Assembly (NCBI RefSeq): GCF_963921235.1
Contig: NC_086119.1
Location: 46,748,001 to 46,812,000 of the forward strand
Origin: Mobula hypostoma
Lineage: Eukaryota
Length of the DNA: 64,000 bases
Reading direction: 5' to 3'
Position numbers and translations under genes: made by a program. Positions 53,175 to 64,000 of the stretch are shown here, piece by piece. Positions within the stretch are counted from its first letter, which is position 1, and each line of letters opens with the position of its first letter. The notes under the pieces were generated by a model. The model had not been told where the DNA came from, did no database searches, and saw nothing but the letters and a program-made list of their open reading frames with translations.

Positions 53175-54480
53175 ACCGGAAGTTTGAGAAATTAATGTTC
53201 ATGCCATTAGGTTCGAGGTACCCAGACAGAATATAAGGTTTTGCTCCTCCAACCTGAGTGTGGTCTCATCGCAACAGTAGCGGAGGCCATGGACTGACAT
53301 GTCAGAATGGGAAGTGGAATTAAAATGGGTGGCCGCTGGGAAATCCGGCTTTTCGTCCAGCAGATGGATCACAGATGCTGGCAAAGCTGTCTCTCAGTCT
53401 ACATTGGATCTCACTGATATACAGGAGGCCACACTGGGAGCACCAGATACAGTAGATGACCCCCAACAGACTCGCAGGTGAAGTGTAGCCTCACCTGGAA
53501 GGACTGTTTGGGGCTCTGAACGGTAATGAAGGAGGTGGAGTATGGGCTGTTGTAGTACTTGTTTCACTTGCAAGAATAAGTGCCAGGATGGAGCTCAGTG
53601 GGGAGGGACGAATGGACAAGGGACGTAGGAAATGATTCCTGGGGAAAGCAGAAAGCAAGAGGGAGGGAAAGATGTGCTTGGTGGTGGGGTCCTATTGGAG
53701 ATGGCGGAAGTTACGGAGAATTATGTGCTGAAATTGGAGGCTGGTGGGGTGGTAGGTGAGGACAAGAGGAACTCTATCCATGGTGGGGTGGTGGGAGGAT
53801 GGGGTGAGGGCAGATGGAAGAGATGCGGTTGAGGGGAGCATTGATGGTGCAGGAAGGGAAACCCCTTTCTTTGATGGAAGAGGACATCTCCTTAGTTCTG
53901 GAATGGAAAGCCTCATCCTGAGAACAGATGTGGCAGAGACGGAGGGAATGAGAGATGACATTTTTACAAGAAAGAAGGTGGGAAGAGGTATAGTCCAGGT
54001 AGCCGTGAGAATCAGTGGGTTTATAAAAGATATCAGTGGATTAGCTGTCTCCAGAGATAGAGACAGACAGATCGAGAAAGGAGAGGGAGGTGTCAGAAAT
54101 GGACCAGGTAAATTTGAGGGCAGGGTGGAAGTTGAAGGCAAAGTTGATGAAGTCGACAGCTCACACCAATACAGTTGATGTAGTGTAGGAAAAGTTGGGG
54201 AGTGATACGGTGTAGGCTTGGAACATAGACTGTTCCATGTAGCCGACAAATAGGCAGGTATAACTGAGACCCATGTGAGTGCCCATGGCTACACCTTTTG
54301 TTTGAAGGAAAAGGGAAGAGCCAAAGGAGAAATTATTCAGTGAGGACAAGTTCCACCAGATGGAGGAGAGTGTTGGTGGGTCTGGTGTCTAGAAAGAAAC
54401 GGAGAACTTTGAGGACTTCCTGGTGGGGGATGGAGGTGTATAGAGACTGGACATTCATGGGGAAAATTAGACGATCGAGT
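53175..54480 (-). mobile_element. Penelope-like fragment inserted in Gypsy pol
   Basis: LNNFSFGSSLFLQTKGVAMGT and RVPLVLTYHP; homologous to 7040-8410. Confidence 0.88.
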
Positions 54481-55905
54481 AGTCTTAGATAATTATGGAT
54501 CGTTTTTGAATGCCTGCAAATTCATTGCCTTGGACAGACTACTGTCTGTGGTGGAGACAGCCGAAATAGTCCTGCAGTAGCTCTTCAGGATCCATGGTTT
54601 TCCAGTGGACATTGTGTCAGATCGCAGTCCACAATTCGCGTCACGTTTTAGGAGGGTGTTCTTTAAGCCGATTGGGGCAACAGCAGATCTTTCCTCTGGG
54701 TTTCACCCACAGTCCAACAGCCAGATGAAGCAGGTGAACCGAGCTTTGGAATGAACCCTATGATGCCTCTCCTGCAGCAGGCCTTCAGGATCCATGGTTT
54801 TCCTGTGAATATTGTGTCGGACTGCAGTCCGCAATTCGCATCACATTTCTGGAGGGTATTTTCCAAACTGATTAAGGCAACAGTGAGTCTTTCTTCTGAG
54901 TTTCACCTGCACGGGAGAACTAGGATATACAATAGAATGTACCCTCAGATGCCTGGCCTCTGAAAGACCATATGAGTGGTTCTACTGTTTGATGAGGGCA
55001 GTGGTCGCCCACAACACTTTATGGCATTTGGTGCATGGTACGTCCCCTTTCAAATGCCAATTTGGGTATTCTCCACCACTCTTCCCTGAGCAGGAAGCCA
55101 AAGTTTGGGTTCTTGTGGCCAAAGATCTTGTCCGATGCCACAGAGCAAAATGCACTTGGGCAAGGGAGATTTTGCTAGCTTCTACTCAGAACGCTGAAAT
55201 AAAGGCTAACTGCAAGAAAAGAAGGGGACCAGATTTGCAGCCTGGCCAGCAGGTCTGGCTGTCAACCCAGGAATAGCCTTTCTGAGTGGAATCCAGGAAA
55301 TTGGTGCCCAAGTTCATTGGACCCTTCAAGATTCTCAGGAAAGCAAACCCAAAGGCTTACACCTTGCAACTCCCCAAGACCCTCAGGTCAATCCAACTTT
55401 CCACATTTCCAAATTAAAACCTATGAACACCAGCCCTTTAGCCCCTCCACCACTCGTCCCACAGCTGCCCAAGTTTGTCGATGGGGAACAGGTCTTCACT
55501 GGGAGAAGAATTTTGGATTCATGAACTGTTCAGGGTGTTCGGAGGTTCCTCAAGGACTGAGAAGGATTCCGACCCGAGAAATGGCGATGGGTTCCTGAAA
55601 GGGACATCTTGGATCTGGCTCTCATCCATGACTACCATCATCATCTCACCAAGCCGCCAGGGCCGCCAGGAGTCAACCTTAGGGGAGGGGGTCTTGTTAC
55701 AACATGTACCCAAATGCGCCAGCTTACAGGGTTTAGATGCTCTAACTCACCGGAGTATGGGTAGCTGGCACAGCCCCTTGAAAGATTCAGGACTGTCCTG
55801 CTAATTGGCAGTCATGTTTGGGGCACTGAGAATTAAGTATTTAAAGAGCACCTGAACCCAGCCACAATTCTTAATCGTAAGCCCAACCTGAGATATCGTC
55901 TAGCG

Positions 55906-57082
55906 CAGGGGTCTCCAACCCTTTTTGCACTGCGGACTGGTTTCATATTGACAATATTCTTGCGGACCAGCCAACCCGGGGGCGCGGGTAGGGTTGCCAA
56001 CGGACAAAAGTAGCAGTCAAATACGTTGTTTACCGCGAGACTACAATGACCATGAAGCCTTGCGCGGCACAAGTGCACATGCGTTTACGTACCGATTTTT
56101 TCTATAAATCGTTTTTGGCGATTCTGTTCGGGGGAGGGGAGGGTGGTGTTAATCACGACGGGAATATCGGTGATAAGTGGCTAATATACTCAATTTCGTT
56201 TCTAAAAGGGATTATCTAATGAATTTAATATTAAACACACAGCGCATATTTTCCTCGCATGAATATAGCGATAAGTCTATTATCAGGGGAGCTTGAAGTA
56301 AGTGTTGAACAAACTTCCAGTAGAAGTGGTAGAAGCAGGTTCGACATTATCATTTAAAGAAAAATTGGATAGGTATATGGACAGGAAAGGAATGGAGGGT
56401 TATGGGCTGAGTGCAGGTCGGTGGGACTAGTTGAGAGTAGCGTTCGGCACGGACTAGAAGGGCCGAGATGGCCTGTTTCCTTGCTGTAATTTTTATATGG
56501 TCATATAAGTAAGTCAATAGCATCGTAACATTTTAAGTACCATTTGGATATTAAACACACAGCACATATTTTCCCCGTATGAACATATAAAATCATTACA
56601 ACACACCAATATCGCTGGATCAGTGGGAGCCCTGGGCTGAATACTTGTTCCCTGCAACAAGACGGTCCCATCGAGGGGTGGTGGGAGACAGCGATACTCG
56701 AAGGGGGTTCCTCATGTCCGGTCTATTCTGCAATTTGGTTTTTGTTGCATTCATTGCAGAAATATGTTGGAAATGGAAGCAACGTTTTCAGTGCTTTCCC
56801 GTCTATCTCAGGATATTTAGCCTTGACTTTGATCCAGAACGCCGGCAGAGATGTTGTGTCAAACATACTTCTCAGCCCGCCGTCATTTGCAAGCTCGAGG
56901 AGTTGATCTTCTTCCCGCGCTGACATGGAAGACACGCGGGTAATGACCTCGCATGTGTCATGGCTCAACAGTGGGTGTGGCAGGGAATGAGGAAAGGTGC
57001 AGCTGACTCATATCGCCAAATCATATCTTTTCCTCACGGCCCGGTAGTGCATGCTTTGCGGCCCGGTGGTTGGGGACCGCTG
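55906..57082 (-). mobile_element. hAT (Charlie-like) non-autonomous DNA transposon in the 3' LTR; itself contains a CR1 tail (~56305-56500)
   Basis: TIRs CAGGGGTCTCCAACC / GGTTGGGGACCGCTG; 8-bp TSD GTCTAGCG (single copy in the 5' LTR); hATC-like FWIKVKAKYPEI..KALKTLLPFPT. Confidence 0.93.
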
Positions 57083-57270
57083 GTCTAGCGTTTTGTTTTG
57101 TGCTCAGTTCCCGATCCAGTTTGATACCGTGCCTTGATCCTAGCCTCAGATACTCCAGCATCTGGGTCCACAGCATCCTTGTGAAGGGCTCTCATCACAG
57201 TTCCAGGATTTTGTCCTGACGATGGTAAAGGAATGGTGATGTATTTCCAAGTTATGAAGGCATGTGCCTT

Positions 57271-57798
57271 TGTTAGGAGGAAGCAGGTTCACAGGTTTGG
57301 TAAATGAGACAGAAGGCACTGATTACAAATCAACACAATAACCATTTATTTACAGGCAAACAGTAAAACATTCAATCAAACATCTAAGTCACCCTACATT
57401 ACAGAAACTACAACACTAACCATTCACTAACACTTCAAACTCAACAGGTACTTCATTAAGTCTCCCCAAGTTACACAACTACAAAACTAAACATTCAACA
57501 GATACCTACCTAAGTGTGCACGTGGCCCTCCTATATCTGCAGCAAACTTTCCCAATGGTTCTTCAGCACTGGTTGAGACCAAAATGTGAAGATGAGCCCC
57601 TGGAGACAGAGGAAGGCCTATGAGTCTCTTGCACGTGCTGTCCCTAAACCCTTCAGGTGCCTGGAAACTGACACTGGTGTTGTGGTGAGCAAGGTGACCA
57701 ATGGGAAGGAGGTGGTACATCCCTCAAAAGGCTCAGTCAACAACTGGCACAGTGGAAGGGGCTTTCGACTGGCAAATAAACTAACCCTTCACATTACA
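57271..57798. mobile_element. Probable solo LTR
   Basis: TG...CA termini with near-TSD GCCTT/GGCTT; splits a LINE tail. Confidence 0.55.
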
Positions 57799-58486
57799 GG
57801 CTTGGAGGGCAACTTCCAAGTGGCGGTGTTCCCAAGCTTTTGGTGTCTTTGTCCTTGCTGGTGGACGTCAAGTGTTTGGAGGGAGTCTTGACGAGTTGTC
57901 TGATAACAATGCAGAGAAATTACATCAGCACTCAGGTCAATGTCCCATTTAACACCAGAGACTCTTTACTCAGAAAAGAGAGCTAATACCTGAAACTACG
58001 ACAACTTTACTCAATAGACATAGGTAATTCCTCCAGGAAAATTCAGTGAATGGAGGAAAGCTCCATTGAAGTCATTCACATGTTATACAATTAACCCCAG
58101 TCATTTATGTGGTGGGGGTCACTGAGCTTGAGTGACAGGAAGTTTAACCAATCATCCTACTGACTGTGAATAATATTGTCACCATTTATGAAAGTTGCTG
58201 GTGAACGAAGCAGGCCAGGCAGCATCTCTAGGAAGAGGTACAGTCGATGTTTCGGGCCAAGACCCTTCGTCACCTCTTCCTAGAGATGCTGCCTGACCTG
58301 CTGCGTTCACCAGCAACTTTTATGTTTGTTGCTTGAAATTCCAGCATCTGCAGATTTCCTCGTGTTTGCATTGTCACCATTTCCCAGTTTTCAAAGTACA
58401 TCAATATTTTTCCTGCATTTCTTCTGCAAAAATGTATTCTTTATGGTTAAAAGTGATTTTAGCTTTGCTCATGATGTCTGTTCCAG

Positions 58487-58710
58487 TTCCTTCCAGTATA
58501 TTTGTGCTGGCTCTCCCAAGCTGACAAAATACAGGATTGAATCACGTTACACTCTGGACAGTACAGGTGAAGGTATTGCTCTCCTGCTTCTGGACTCCCC
58601 GGTGGCATTCAACGGCTTTCAGCCAATTCCTCTGCCCAGCCCTATGAATCAAACGGAAACAGCTCAAACCAGCTGCAAAGTCACAGGCCTGTGGAACACC
58701 ACACGTCAAG
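58487..58710 (+). CDS. Exon 9: trypsin-like domain, Asp102 region degenerate (...GEGIALLLLDSPVAFNGFQPIPLP...SCKVTGLWNTTRQ)
   Basis: gttccag| acceptor and G|gtaaga donor; GIALLLLDSPV ~ DIALLxLxxP, QPIPLP ~ QPICLP, CKVTGLW ~ CxVTGWG; phase 2>1. Confidence 0.9.
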
Positions 58711-59971
58711 GTAAGATAAGCTGCCATTTAGCATGCAGATACATGTTGTCTCGTGGAACAGTGCAGAACAGAAGGATTATATACAAAATAAAAGCAACAT
58801 GTCAGAGTGTTGCAACGTTTAGCCCTGCAGCCACACAGCTTTAGGCAATCAAGTTCGACCCAGACTCTGTTGCTCACCGGGACTTGACAGGCTGAATGGC
58901 CTCCTTTAGAACCAACATAAGGAAGTGTTGGAATTACTCAAAAGGTGAGACAGCATCTGTGGACAAAAGGGGAGGGTTACCTTATGAGGGTTCATTGTCC
59001 TGAAACATTAACTCTACTGCTCTCTCCACAGATGCTGCCTGACCTGCCACTTATTTCTGGTTTCCAGTATCTGCAGTTACCCTTCAACTTAAAGCTCCTT
59101 AGTGTCCTATTGCAAATACTGAGCGTGGTCGGCAAATGAAGTGGGGTTCAAACACGGGATAATTGGACCAAGGCACCCAATATTCAATCCCCCTTCTACA
59201 TCCTGCTCTCAGTTCACTTCTGGGAAGTAAATACACAGGAACTTCCGTACAGCACAGACTGAATCCCTAAAAGCCAAGAGCAGGGATACCACTCCGGGAA
59301 GTGGGCATCAGTGCAGCCGGATACTTAAAGTACATGCGAGGCTTCCAGCTGCATATTGGATACAGAACATAGAACAGTAAAACTCAGCAAGAGGCCCCGC
59401 AGCTCACGTTGTATGACGCAAATTAAACTAAACCGTTTTGCTTGCACATAATCTAAATCGTTCCATTCCCTGCACTTTCATGTCAGTGTCTAAGAGCCTC
59501 TTAGATGCCTCTTTCTTATCTGCTTCCACCACCCTGGCAATGTGTTCCAGACGTCTTTTACACTCTACGTTAAAAAAAATGCTTTGCACATCTTCCTTAA
59601 ACTTCCTCAATCTCACCTTAAAGGCATACCCTCTAATATTTGACTCTCCTGGAAAACAAAAGACTAATCTATCCTATCTGTGCCCCTCATTGTTTTATAA
59701 ACTTCTATCAGGTCCCCCCCTCAGCTCCCAACTCTTCAGAGAAAACAATCCAAGATGGAAATATATAGTGAGAAGGGAATAAAAAAGGTATCACAATAAC
59801 AGAAATGAAGAAAATAGGTCTAAAATGTTTGCAAAAATGATGTTATAGTCAGTGATTGGCATCTATATCCTTTCAATCTAAACTTTAATCCAATTAGCTT
59901 GTAAACCGTTTGTTCCTGGGGTCAGTTAGGTACCTGAATCGCAATCATCGACCTTCTGTTTCTTCCAACAG

Positions 59972-60048
59972 GTGAATGGTATGTGATTGCTTCTGATGAA
60001 CAACGGATCGTAGTACATGAAGTTTTTCAACATCTCAGAAACTGTCAG
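59972..60048 (+). CDS. Exon 10: shortened trypsin-domain exon ending in CQ (GEWYVIASDEQRIVVHEVFQHLRNCQ)
   Basis: ttcttccaacag| acceptor and CAG|gtacgt donor; phase 1>0; ends at the conserved CQ|GDSGG intron position. Confidence 0.8.
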
Positions 60049-60627
60049 GTACGTCTATACACTGCTGAATTTGTGTTTAGCAGAGGCAACATGCCTGTGC
60101 ATTCATTCTGCAGATGCTAACAATGAGTTTCAAGGCACATCCAATCGACATGCAGCACCTGTGTTTGCAATGTAACTCCTGACTCCTGTCCTGTCTGAGC
60201 TAAATTCTGGACCGTAAGGATTCCTGATCAGAAACCAGATTCTGACAGATAGGAGTGGGGGAAGATTTAAAGGGGACTTAAGGAGCACAAAGGGTGGTGG
60301 GTATATGGAATGAGAGGAGGAGGTATAATGAGTACAATTACAACATTTAGAACGTTTTTGGGACAGGTTCATGGAAAGGAACGGCATGGGGGTTTATAGA
60401 CCAAAGGCAGGCAAATGGGATCATCTTAGACAGGAATTTTAGCTAGGCCGCTGTGGTAGCGGAGAATTTAGTGCAATATTATTACATCTCAGGGCTTCGG
60501 AGTCAGAGATCAATCCCAGCGTCTTCAGTAAGGGGTTTGTAAGTTCTCTCTGTGGAGTGCGTGGGTTTTCTATAGGTCCTCCAAATTCCTCCCACAATCC
60601 AAAGATGTACCGGGTAGATTAACTAGT

Positions 60628-61165
60628 CATTATCATCATAGCTTGTCACACCAGACAGCCAGCCACTATAGTGTTGTTTGGTTGATGTTGAGCAGGTCAG
60701 TGTCAGCTAAATCAGGTGAGAGTGGGCAGTTGCGCAGAACGTGTTCAATGTTCTGCACCCTTTCGCCACACTCACAGGATTGGCTGGTCTTTCAACCCCA
60801 CTTCACCATATTGTCTCCCGTCCTACAAACTTCCGCTCTCGCTCTGTTGAGAGTGCACGACTTCTGTCTGTCAAGCAGTGCCTCGTCTGGCAACATTTTT
60901 GTGAGGTCTTGCACTGTGTTGTTTGGTGGGGTTCTGGCTTCTGTTTGTTGCCAGAGGTCAATCCTGTATGTTTGGGGGGGTATGTTCCGTGCGGTAGTTC
61001 CTCCACTGGAGCAAAGCTTTTCCACGACTTTAGGTGGTTAGAAACTGGCACATGATGGTATAGTGGGTGCCGTGGATCCAAGTTCTGTTTACCTTTTTCA
61101 ATTTTTGTTGTAGTGTGTCTTTGGATTTACAATGACCAATAAATCTTTTTTTTTGGTAAAAGGGA
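60628..61165 (-). mobile_element. RTE-like LINE 3' end inserted in a SINE
   Basis: TLNRARAEVCRTGDNMVKWG followed by a Cys motif; flanks agattaactagtcatt / agattaattggtcatt. Confidence 0.6.
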
Positions 61166-61419
61166 AAAAGATTAATTGGTCATTGTAAATTGACCCATGA
61201 TTAGGGGTTGTCAGGGGATGTGGACCGGTGCCCCTCAAAAGGCCAGAAGGGTCCATTCCACGCAGTATCTCTAGATAAATCTTAGTCAGCATGGATGAAT
61301 TGGGCAGAGGGGCTTGTTTCCACACTGTATAAGGTATTAGCTATTCAGTATGCTGGTTACTACTACAAGATGAGGACTCAAATTATTGAAGATAATATCC
61401 TGGGCTATCGAACAAAGAA

Positions 61420-62700
61420 CAGAACAGCTACATTGTCCGCTACATTTGCCTTTTTTTTTAACTTTTCCTGTCAGCCATGGTTAGTCCTCCTAGCTTTAGA
61501 ATACCTGTTCTTCTTTGGGATGTATCTATCCTGTGCCTTCTGAATTTCTCCCAGAAACTGCAGCAATTACTGTTCTGCCATCATCCCTGCTAGTGTGCCC
61601 TTCTGATCAACTTTGGCTAGCTCCTCTCACATGCCTTTGTAATCCCTTTACTCCACTGTAATACTGATATATCTGACTTCGGGTTCTCCCTCTCAATTTG
61701 CAGGGTGAAGTCAGTGATATTATGATCACTGTCTGCTAAGTGTCCCTTTACCGTAAGCTCCCTAATAAAATCCTGTTCATTATACAACACCCAATCCAGA
61801 ATTTCCTTTTCCCTAGTAGGTTCAAATACAATCTGCCCTAAAAAGCCATCTCATAGGCATTATACAACTTCTCTCTCGGGATCCAGCACCAATCTGATGT
61901 TCCCAATCTACCTGCATATTGAAATCCTGCATGACTATCAAAACATTGCCCTTTTGACATGTGTTTTCTATCTCCCATTGTAATTTGAAGCACACATTCT
62001 GGCTACTGTTCAGGATTCTGTATATAACTCCCATCATGGTCTTTTTACCCTTGCAGTTTCTTAACTCTACCCACAAGGATTCTACATCTTCTAATCCTAT
62101 GTCACCTCTTTCTAAGGACTTGGTTTATTTTTTTTTACCAATAGAGCCATTCCAACCCTCTGCCTACCTGCCTGTCCTTTCAATATAATGTGTACCCTTG
62201 GATGTTAAGCTCCCAACTATGATCTTTAAACCATGACTCAGTAATGCCCACAACATCATACTAACTGATATCTAACAACGTCAATGTCTAACTGATCATC
62301 TACCTTATTTCATATACTGCATGGATTCAAATATAACATCTTCAGTCCTGTACTCACCACCCTTTTGGATTTTGTCCCCCACTTACACTGCAATTTTGCT
62401 CGATCATCTGCCTGTACCTCCTGACAGTCTTAAAGCACACTGTATACCAACTGTCCCATCATGATCAGCCCTAAAACTGGTTTCCCATCCCCCTGCCAAT
62501 TTAGTTTAAACCCTCCCCAATAGCTCTAGCAAACTTGTCCGCAAGGGTATTGGCCCTTCTCGGGTTCAGGTATAACCTATCTCTTTTGTACACATTCTAC
62601 CTCCCCCAGAAGAGATCCCAGTGTTCCAGAGATCTGAAGACCTACCCCCTGCACTAGTTTTCAGCCATCTGCCAAATCATCTCATTCTTACCCTCAATGG
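61420..62700 (-). mobile_element. CR1 LINE endonuclease region
   Basis: WVELRNCKGKKTMMGVIYR...DFNMQVDW. Confidence 0.85.
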
Positions 62701-63921
62701 TGCAAGTTATTGGAAAAAATTAGAAGGCAAGTAGAATATTGAACTTTGTTGTTAAGAGATTGGGGTACACATCTAGGAAAGATTTCCTGCAGATGTGCAG
62801 GACGTTTGTGAAGCCACAGCTGGAGCTTGGCGTACAGTTCTGGCCTCTTGGTGGCTGGATTCCTGGAGCAAGGGGGCTGTCCTATGAGTAGAATAGGCCT
62901 AGCCTCTGGGGTTTGGAAGAAAGGAGGTGATCACAGTGCAACATATAATAAACCAAGGAGACTTGTCCGGGTAGAGCTAGGAGAATTTTTCCACATTGCG
63001 GAAGATCAAGATAAGGGACTGGATGCTTAAGAGCGAAATGATGAGGACCTTCTTCAAAGAGTGCTCATGAATCTTTGAATTCCCTACCCTAGAGAATTAT
63101 GCTGCTGAGTCATTAAATGATTAGAATACTTAGTCTGACTTTGGGGTAATCAAAGGTCTGGGCATGGAAATGTCTCAACCCTGGATAGATCAGATCGACT
63201 ATGCCATGTAAACCTTACTTCTATTTATTTTCATTTTCTCATAAAGTAAAAACCAAATACAGCATATCGTACTTATATTCAGTCTCTTTCGGGACTTCCA
63301 ATCCATGGGAGTTCTTATCTTCCGAGTCCTTCCTCCATGTAATCTATTTTATTCAAAAACAGAAATGCTGGAAGAATTCAGCCAGTCAAACAACATCTGT
63401 GGGAACAGAAACCAGTTAATAGTTCAGGTCAGAAATGGAGAGGAAGAGTTACAGTTTCCCACACAGAGCTGAGACAGGAGTGCAAGCTCAAAGCTGGTTT
63501 GGTTAAGAAAGTGTTCTGCCAGCATTTTAGTTAGATTTTACTTCAGATTTCAGCATCTGCGATGTTATTTGCTTTCCATTACTATTGGAGTTTGGATGTC
63601 ATCTCTCTGATGATTTGAGTTTATTGTTGTGTGCACAAGTATGGTGTGGTAAAAGTACAATGAAAAACGTGTTTCCACCAACAGCGTCACAGTCACACAG
63701 ATTCAGAAGCACACAGGGCATACAATTGTACACAAACTGTACACAAAGTATACAAGAGAGAAGAAAAAGACTGGAAAACAAGACATTAGTGCAAGAACAC
63801 AACTGGAAATGAGTGCACAGTAGTGTAAAAGTTGGTTAGGGTGGGACTCCTCCTTCCCTGAGTCCAAAGGCCTGGTATAGTCCACTGGATTTAATCACCT
63901 TGTGTTTGTGGTTTGTTGCAG

Positions 63922-64000
63922 GTCCAAAGAGGCAGCCCTTTAGTGTGTCTTGAAGCAAATGAGACCTGGGTCCTCACAGCAGTCAGAGGTGGATGTTCGA
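63922..64000 (+). CDS. Exon 11 (partial): Ser195 region degenerate (VQRGSPLVCLEANETWVLTAVRGGCS...)
   Basis: ttgttgcag| acceptor; VQRGSPLVC ~ GDSGGPLVC and WVLTAV ~ WxLxGIVS; runs off the window. Confidence 0.88.

Larger units (their letters stand above)
50714..57199 (+). mobile_element. Degenerate chromovirus-type (sushi-like) Gypsy LTR retrotransposon
   Basis: LTRs start 50714 and 55695; TSD GTTCC (50709-13 / 57200-04); CYYCGKAGNQWAEC knuckle, FLDSGAAGN protease, [22 protein letters not shown] start, HGFPVNIVSD integrase, chromodomain-like tail, PPT 55681-91. Confidence 0.9.

Noticed and set aside
58491-58497. Alternative acceptor ttccag at 58496 for exon 9
   Set aside because: It would break the frame after the phase-2 exon 8; the 58486 acceptor keeps it.
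26842-64000. Assigning a symbol such as ST14, TMPRSS6, TMPRSS7 or TMPRSS9, or calling it an active protease
   Set aside because: No CUB exons found, catalytic triad absent, and sequence too divergent; orthology cannot be set without phylogeny or synteny.

Overview
Repeat-dense vertebrate genomic DNA. The repeat set (CR1/HER1-type and Rex1/Babar-type LINEs, Penelope-like elements, tRNA-SINEs) suggests a cartilaginous fish; this is an inference. Main result: 11 plus-strand exons (26842 to >64000), read by hand, splice with canonical GT-AG sites and matching phases into one uninterrupted ORF of about 481 codons that runs off the window end. Architecture: short cytoplasmic tail, transmembrane helix, Ser/Thr stalk, SEA, two LDLa repeats, trypsin-fold domain. 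It belongs to the type II transmembrane serine protease (matriptase/TMPRSS9-like) family, but all three catalytic residues are replaced (H57>S, D102>G, S195>R). The R-IVGG activation site, the Cys122 tether and the SEA GS cleavage motif are also missing, so it looks like an intact membrane-bound pseudoprotease. Other highlights: a non-autonomous Gypsy LTR element whose pol core is replaced by an intronless RBM25 cDNA fragment; minimal hammerhead ribozyme motifs in Penelope-like repeats; a ~1.45 kb Penelope fold-back in intron 1; a CR1 copy with strongly one-directional T>C changes; a multi-level nested transposon cluster; and a CpG-island promoter with a 33-bp tandem repeat in a probable minus-strand first exon. 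No databases or alignment tools were used, and repeat boundaries are approximate unless a TSD is quoted.
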